Assembly: GCA_947629985.1 (NCBI GenBank)
Contig: CANRFV010000004.1
Coordinates: 26,308 to 90,307 of the forward strand
Reading direction: 5' to 3'
DNA length: 64,000 bases
Source of the DNA: an uncultured Clostridia bacterium
GTDB taxonomy: Bacteria > Bacillota > Clostridia > Christensenellales > CAG-314
The translations under genes and the position numbers were made by a program. Shown piece by piece: positions 60,320-64,000 of the stretch; position 1 is the stretch's first letter, and each line of letters opens with the position of its first letter. The notes beneath the pieces are model-generated. The model was given only the letters and a program-made list of their open reading frames with translations. It was not told the origin of the DNA and made no database searches.

Positions 60320-60800
60320 TCGGGGTGTTCGCGTACGCGAGCAGTGATATTTACGCGCAAGCGCGTAAGTGTTATTCGCCTGCGGCGAGTGTTATTTTGC
60401 CTATCGGCAAAGTTAAGGTCGACATAATTTGAAAATTATTATTGCCGAAAAGATATTTTTTCGGCAATTATTTTTTATTGCTTAAAATTGTTTCAAATAA
60501 AAAAAGCCGCAACTGTTTGCGCAGCAAACAATCTCACTATTCGCGATAGCGAATAATTTCACTTTTTCGCCGTAGGCGGAAAAATATTTGCCCAAGGGCA
60601 ATGTTGCACTATTTGCGTTAGCAAATACTATCACTTCGCGTAGCGAAATATCACTTTGCAGTAAGGCAAACATTTGCCTTACTGCAAAATATAACTGCGA
60701 AGCAATATCACTTTACCGCTTGGCAAAAATTGCCAAGCGGTAAAATATCACTTTTTCCGTCGCAGACGGAAAAATGCCATTGCCGCAGGCACTATTTTTC
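60320..60800. repeat. Array of at least a dozen unrelated short palindromes joined by an oriented 8-9-nt linker (AGTGWTAT on the left half, ATATCACT on the right half)
   Basis: Examples: TTACGCGC-aa-GCGCGTAA, TTTGCC-tatc-GGCAAA, TATTCGC-gata-GCGAATA, ATTTGC-gtta-GCAAAT, TTTACCGCTTGGCAA-aaa-TTGCCAAGCGGTAAA, TTTTTCCGTC-gca-GACGGAAAAA. Linkers are at 60343, 60368 and 60388 (AGTG.TAT) and at 60533, 60558, 60629, 60648, 60705 and 60745 (..TCACT). Confidence 0.8.
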
Positions 60801-60809
60801 CCGTCGGTA

Positions 60810-60838
60810 TTGAATATTTGTCGTAATTGTGGTATAAT
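60810..60838 (+). promoter_or_regulatory. Extended -10 sigma-A promoter of pdp
   Basis: TTGAAT, 17-nt spacer ending TGG, TATAAT (60833-60838), 30 nt upstream of ATG 60868. Confidence 0.6.
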
Positions 60839-60867
60839 ATACAAACTCTCATAAGTAAGGTGCTTAT

Positions 60868-62184
60868 ATGACAATACTCGATATTATAGAAAAGAAAAAG
60901 AACAAACAGCAACTTTCCAAGCAGGAAATTGAGTTTTTCGTAAACGGTTTTACCGCGGGGACGATTGCCGATTACCAGATGTCGGCGTTGCTTATGGCAA
61001 TATTGCTCAACGGAATGACCGACGAAGAGACCTTTGCAATGACTACCGCAATGCTCAACAGCGGCGACGTGGTGGATATGTCCGCATTGGGCGATACAGT
61101 TGTAGACAAACACTCCACGGGCGGAATAGGCGACAGCACAACATTGGCGTTGGCGCCGATACTTGCGTGTTGCGGCGTGTACGTGGCAAAAATGAGCGGC
61201 AGGGGCTTGGGCTTTACGGGCGGAACCATCGACAAGTTGGAGAGTATTCCGCATTTCGACACGGCTCTGTCCGAACAAGAGTTTTTCGACGTGGTAAAGC
61301 GCGTCGGTTGCGCGGTAATAGGGCAAACCGCCAATCTTGCTCCCGCGGACAAAAAAATATACGCCCTGCGCGACGTAACGGGTACGGTCAATTCCATTCC
61401 GCTCATCTGCGCAAGCATTATGAGCAAAAAACTCGCTTCCGGCGCGGATACTATTTTGCTGGACGTAAAATACGGCAGCGGAGCGTTTATGCCCGATCCG
61501 CAAAGCGCCTTGGAGTTGGCTACCAAAATGGTGGCGATTGGCACTCTTGCCGGCAAACGCATAGGCGCGCTTATTACGGATATGCAACAGCCGCTGTCCG
61601 ACCACGTAGGCAACGCCTTGGAAATCGTTGGCATAATCGACGTACTCAACGGCAAACGCAACCGTTTGTATTACGAAATAAGGGAAGTTGCCCTGCGTTT
61701 GCTTGCGCTTACGGGCAAATACACCGCGCAAACCGCCGAGCAGGCGTTTCAGCGCGCAATAGACAGCGGCGCGGCGCTTGACAAATTTGCCGAAATGGTC
61801 CGCGCCCAGCACGGCGACGAAAGTTATATTTACCATCCCGACAAGTTTGAAATCGGTCAAAAGGATTGCGTTGTGGCAGCGCGCGACGGATATGTGTCGC
61901 ATATGGTCGCCGCGGATATCGGCAGGGCGGTAACGCTGTTGGGCGGCGGACGTTTGCAAAAGTCCGACGCTATCGACTTTTCGGTGGGCGTAATAATGGC
62001 GGTTTCTCTCGGTTCATACGTACGCAAGGGCGACGTGTTGTGTGAAGTTTACCACAACAACGGCAAGGGACTTGCCGACGCCAAACGCCTTATTTCCGAC
62101 GCGATCACGCTGTCCGACCAACAGCCCCAACCGCACAAAATTGCCTACGCTTACGTGGGTAAGGACGGAGTAGAACTGTACTGA
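60868..62184 (+). CDS. pdp: Pyrimidine-nucleoside (thymidine) phosphorylase
   Basis: 438 aa. ..YQMSALLMAILLNGMT.EE..VVDKHSTGGIGD..LAP..VAKMSGRGLGFTGGTIDKLESIP.. are the family-defining blocks. Confidence 0.9.
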   Translation: MTILDIIEKKKNKQQLSKQEIEFFVNGFTAGTIADYQMSALLMAILLNGMTDEETFAMTTAMLNSGDVVDMSALGDTVVDKHSTGGIGDSTTLALAPILACCGVYVAKMSGRGLGFTGGTIDKLESIPHFDTALSEQEFFDVVKRVGCAVIGQTANLAPADKKIYALRDVTGTVNSIPLICASIMSKKLASGADTILLDVKYGSGAFMPDPQSALELATKMVAIGTLAGKRIGALITDMQQPLSDHVGNALEIVGIIDVLNGKRNRLYYEIREVALRLLALTGKYTAQTAEQAFQRAIDSGAALDKFAEMVRAQHGDESYIYHPDKFEIGQKDCVVAARDGYVSHMVAADIGRAVTLLGGGRLQKSDAIDFSVGVIMAVSLGSYVRKGDVLCEVYHNNGKGLADAKRLISDAITLSDQQPQPHKIAYAYVGKDGVELY

Positions 62185-62852
62185 TGACAAATATTTTACT
62201 CAATTACTACAATTTCGACGGCGATTGGGCGCGCCCGTATCTCGAACGGTACATACGCCCCGGCAGCAAAGTGTTTATTTTGCCGTTGGCATACCGTCCG
62301 GTGCAGGCATGGGATAGTAACAGTTGGCTGTCCGTGTACGGCTTAGGCGGCGAAAAGTACGCCAACATCGTGCGTCCGTTTACCGAATACGGAATAGACG
62401 AGCGCTCGCTTGTGTGGTGCAATCCATACGATACCGCGCAGGACTATGCGCGCGTAATTGCCGATAGCGACATACTGTTTTTTACGGGCGGAATGCCCGA
62501 ACGCGCCGTAAAGCGGCTGGATCGACTCGGTCTTACCGCCGCCGTCAAAAGTTTCGGCGGAGTTGTCGCGGGCGCGTCCGCGGGCGCTATGTTGCAACTT
62601 GACAGGTATCACATAACGCCCGACGAGGACTATTCGTCCTACTCGATCGACCGCGGATTGGGCTTGGTTACGGGGCTGGATCTGGAAGTTCACTTTGTAG
62701 ATACGCCTTTGCAAAACGAGTGTACAGCCCGTGCGGCGCAGCAATTGCGCGTGCCCGTGTACCAAATGCGGCACGAAGGCGGTTTGCTTGTGGAAGGCGG
62801 CGCCGTTACCGAAATGGGCGCCGTGCGCAAAGTTTTGCCGCCTTGTTCCTGA
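62184..62852 (+). CDS. Peptidase S51 (dipeptidase E)-like / class-I glutamine amidotransferase-like protein
   Basis: 222 aa. ..DILFFTGGMPERAVKRLDRLGL..VAGASAGAMLQL.. fits the S51 nucleophile-elbow context. 1-nt overlap with the pdp stop. Confidence 0.55.
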   Translation: MTNILLNYYNFDGDWARPYLERYIRPGSKVFILPLAYRPVQAWDSNSWLSVYGLGGEKYANIVRPFTEYGIDERSLVWCNPYDTAQDYARVIADSDILFFTGGMPERAVKRLDRLGLTAAVKSFGGVVAGASAGAMLQLDRYHITPDEDYSSYSIDRGLGLVTGLDLEVHFVDTPLQNECTARAAQQLRVPVYQMRHEGGLLVEGGAVTEMGAVRKVLPPCS

Positions 62853-63079
62853 TTGCGGCAAACCGTAATTGCGTAAATTTGATATGTTTTATCTCGAAGT
62901 CGTCGCTCTCTCCGCATTTTTCGGGGAGAGTTTTGTTTGTTTTGTGCGCCGCCGTGGGCAAAACGAGCGTTTTTCGCTCAAAAAACAGCATAATTGTTGC
63001 GTTTTGGCGGTTTAGTTTATAGACATCAAACGTTATTTTTGGTATAATATTTTATCGGAAATGATCATACGGGTGAAAT

Positions 63080-64000
63080 ATGTCGGAAAAGTCTGCAAAT
63101 ATTCTTAAATTTTGCACTCCCGCACAGTGGTGGGGAGAAAAATGGCGCGAGGGGCTGTATCTCGGCAACGGCAAAATGGGCGCAAACGTGTACGGCGGCG
63201 CAGCGGAAGAGAAAATTCTCATCAACGACGCCGCGCTCAGTTGGATGGGGCGTACAACCGTTGTGCCCGACGTGTCGGACAAGATGAGCGAGATCCGTCA
63301 GCGCATAGACGACGGAGATTTTATGGGCGCGCAAAAAGTGCTGCCCACCGTTTTGGCGCAAAAAAACTTTCGTCCGCAGGCGGAATACCCGCTGCCCTTG
63401 TGCGAATTGGATCTGCGTTTTGTTCAATCCGACATCACAACTGACTTTTCGCGCACGCTGGATATGGAAAAGGGCGAAGCGAGCGTAAAATATTCCGTTT
63501 TGGACACAAAGTATCAACGCGATCTGTTTGTATCGCGCGCGGATAACGTAATTGCGTATCGCATTACCAAGCGCGGCGGCGGTACTATCAATCTCAAAAT
63601 GTTTTTGTCGCTGATTCACCGCGTAAACGCGCGTACGTACGAAGGAATATGTAACATGCCCGAAGGCGTGGCAACCAAGTACGACAAGCAATTTATGACG
63701 TTTGCCGCGCGTAACGACGACAACGGCACCGATTACGGCGTTGTGGTAAAAATGAGCGTTTTGGGCGGAAGCGTCCGTCCCGCCGACGACGGAGTGGAGA
63801 TTATCAACGCGCAGTCGGTATATTTGCTTGCCAAAACCTTTGTAAACGGCTTGCGCGAGCGCGATTGGAACAACATCAAGTTGCAACTCGGCGCAATAAA
63901 GGACGGCTACGAAAAGTTGCTCAAATCGCACGTGGCAATACATTCCAAACTGTACTCTTCGTGCAACGTCATCTTGGACAAAAATCGCGACGCCAACGTC
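63080..64000 (+). CDS. GH95-like glycoside hydrolase, N-terminal part (runs off window)
   Basis: Own translation from ATG 63080: MSEKSANILKFCTPAQWWGEKWREGLYLGNGKMGANVYGGAAEEKILINDAALSWMG..., open to the window end. W..E.LP/YLGNG..GA.VYGG...E.I.LN is the GH95/GH65-N-like signature. Absent from the ORF track (no stop). Confidence 0.6.
   Translation, partial: MSEKSANILKFCTPAQWWGEKWREGLYLGNGKMGANVYGGAAEEKILINDAALSWMGRTTVVPDVSDKMSEIRQRIDDGDFMGAQKVLPTVLAQKNFRPQAEYPLPLCELDLRFVQSDITTDFSRTLDMEKGEASVKYSVLDTKYQRDLFVSRADNVIAYRITKRGGGTINLKMFLSLIHRVNARTYEGICNMPEGVATKYDKQFMTFAARNDDNGTDYGVVVKMSVLGGSVRPADDGVEIINAQSVYLLAKTFVNGLRERDWNNIKLQLGAIKDGYEKLLKSHVAIHSKLYSSCNVILDKNRDANV

Noticed and set aside
60320-60800. 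The palindrome array as a CRISPR array or as a stack of rho-independent terminators.
   Set aside because: The constant unit is only 8-9 nt and the variable units are themselves palindromes of variable length. No cas genes are present. The T-run precedes and the A-run follows each stem, the opposite of terminator polarity.
1-64000. Very frequent TTTGCC(G)/(C)GGCAAA words in both coding and non-coding DNA, which could be an uptake-signal- or Chi-like motif.
   Set aside because: Without counts against a background model this cannot be separated from codon and dipeptide bias (GGC-AAA, GGC-AAC are abundant in the real ORFs). It is noted only as something a k-mer skew analysis on the full genome could test.

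Overview
This 64-kb window comes from a spore-forming Firmicute. The gene content is Clostridia-like (spoIIE, spmA/spmB), and the core DNA is roughly 50% GC by eye. LEFT (1-26.3 kb): tatD-metG, spmAB, spoIIE, a GlmU-C-like acetyltransferase and an Sfp-type PPTase. These are followed by a large alpha-glucan/maltodextrin utilisation locus: a surface CBM-like lipoprotein, an ABC importer with an abnormally long MalK-like ATPase, and three GH13 enzymes including a lipoprotein pullulanase. A hemolysin-III gene ends this part. MIDDLE (27.2-55.4 kb): a visibly AT-richer accessory island lies next to a tRNA-Met/Glu/Val operon and has two parts. (a) A ~3.5-kb WYL + split SF1 helicase-nuclease cassette is bracketed by two copies of a ~300-nt structured-RNA-like element, 172 bp of which are perfectly identical. 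(b) A ~24.3-kb integrase-bearing element is bounded by 31/32-bp imperfect direct repeats and carries the most unusual content. Its first operon encodes an ESCRT-III-like helical protein and a Vps4/meiotic-clade-like AAA+ ATPase. It also encodes a trypsin-like protease and a RuvB-like ATPase that share an MIT-like N-domain with the AAA+ protein, plus two giant polytopic LRR membrane proteins. A second operon follows (DUF1292, ClpP, a soluble VirD4-like ATPase, a motorless FtsK-like protein), then an XRE switch and a HEPN-like gene. RIGHT (55.7-64 kb): repeat-rich intergenic DNA, a GPH transporter, a CvpA-like protein, an odd array of unrelated palindromes joined by an oriented linker, pdp, an S51-like peptidase and the start of a GH95-like gene. 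I saw no rRNA, CRISPR array or transposase. All functional calls are motif recognition by eye from the translations; no database search was possible.
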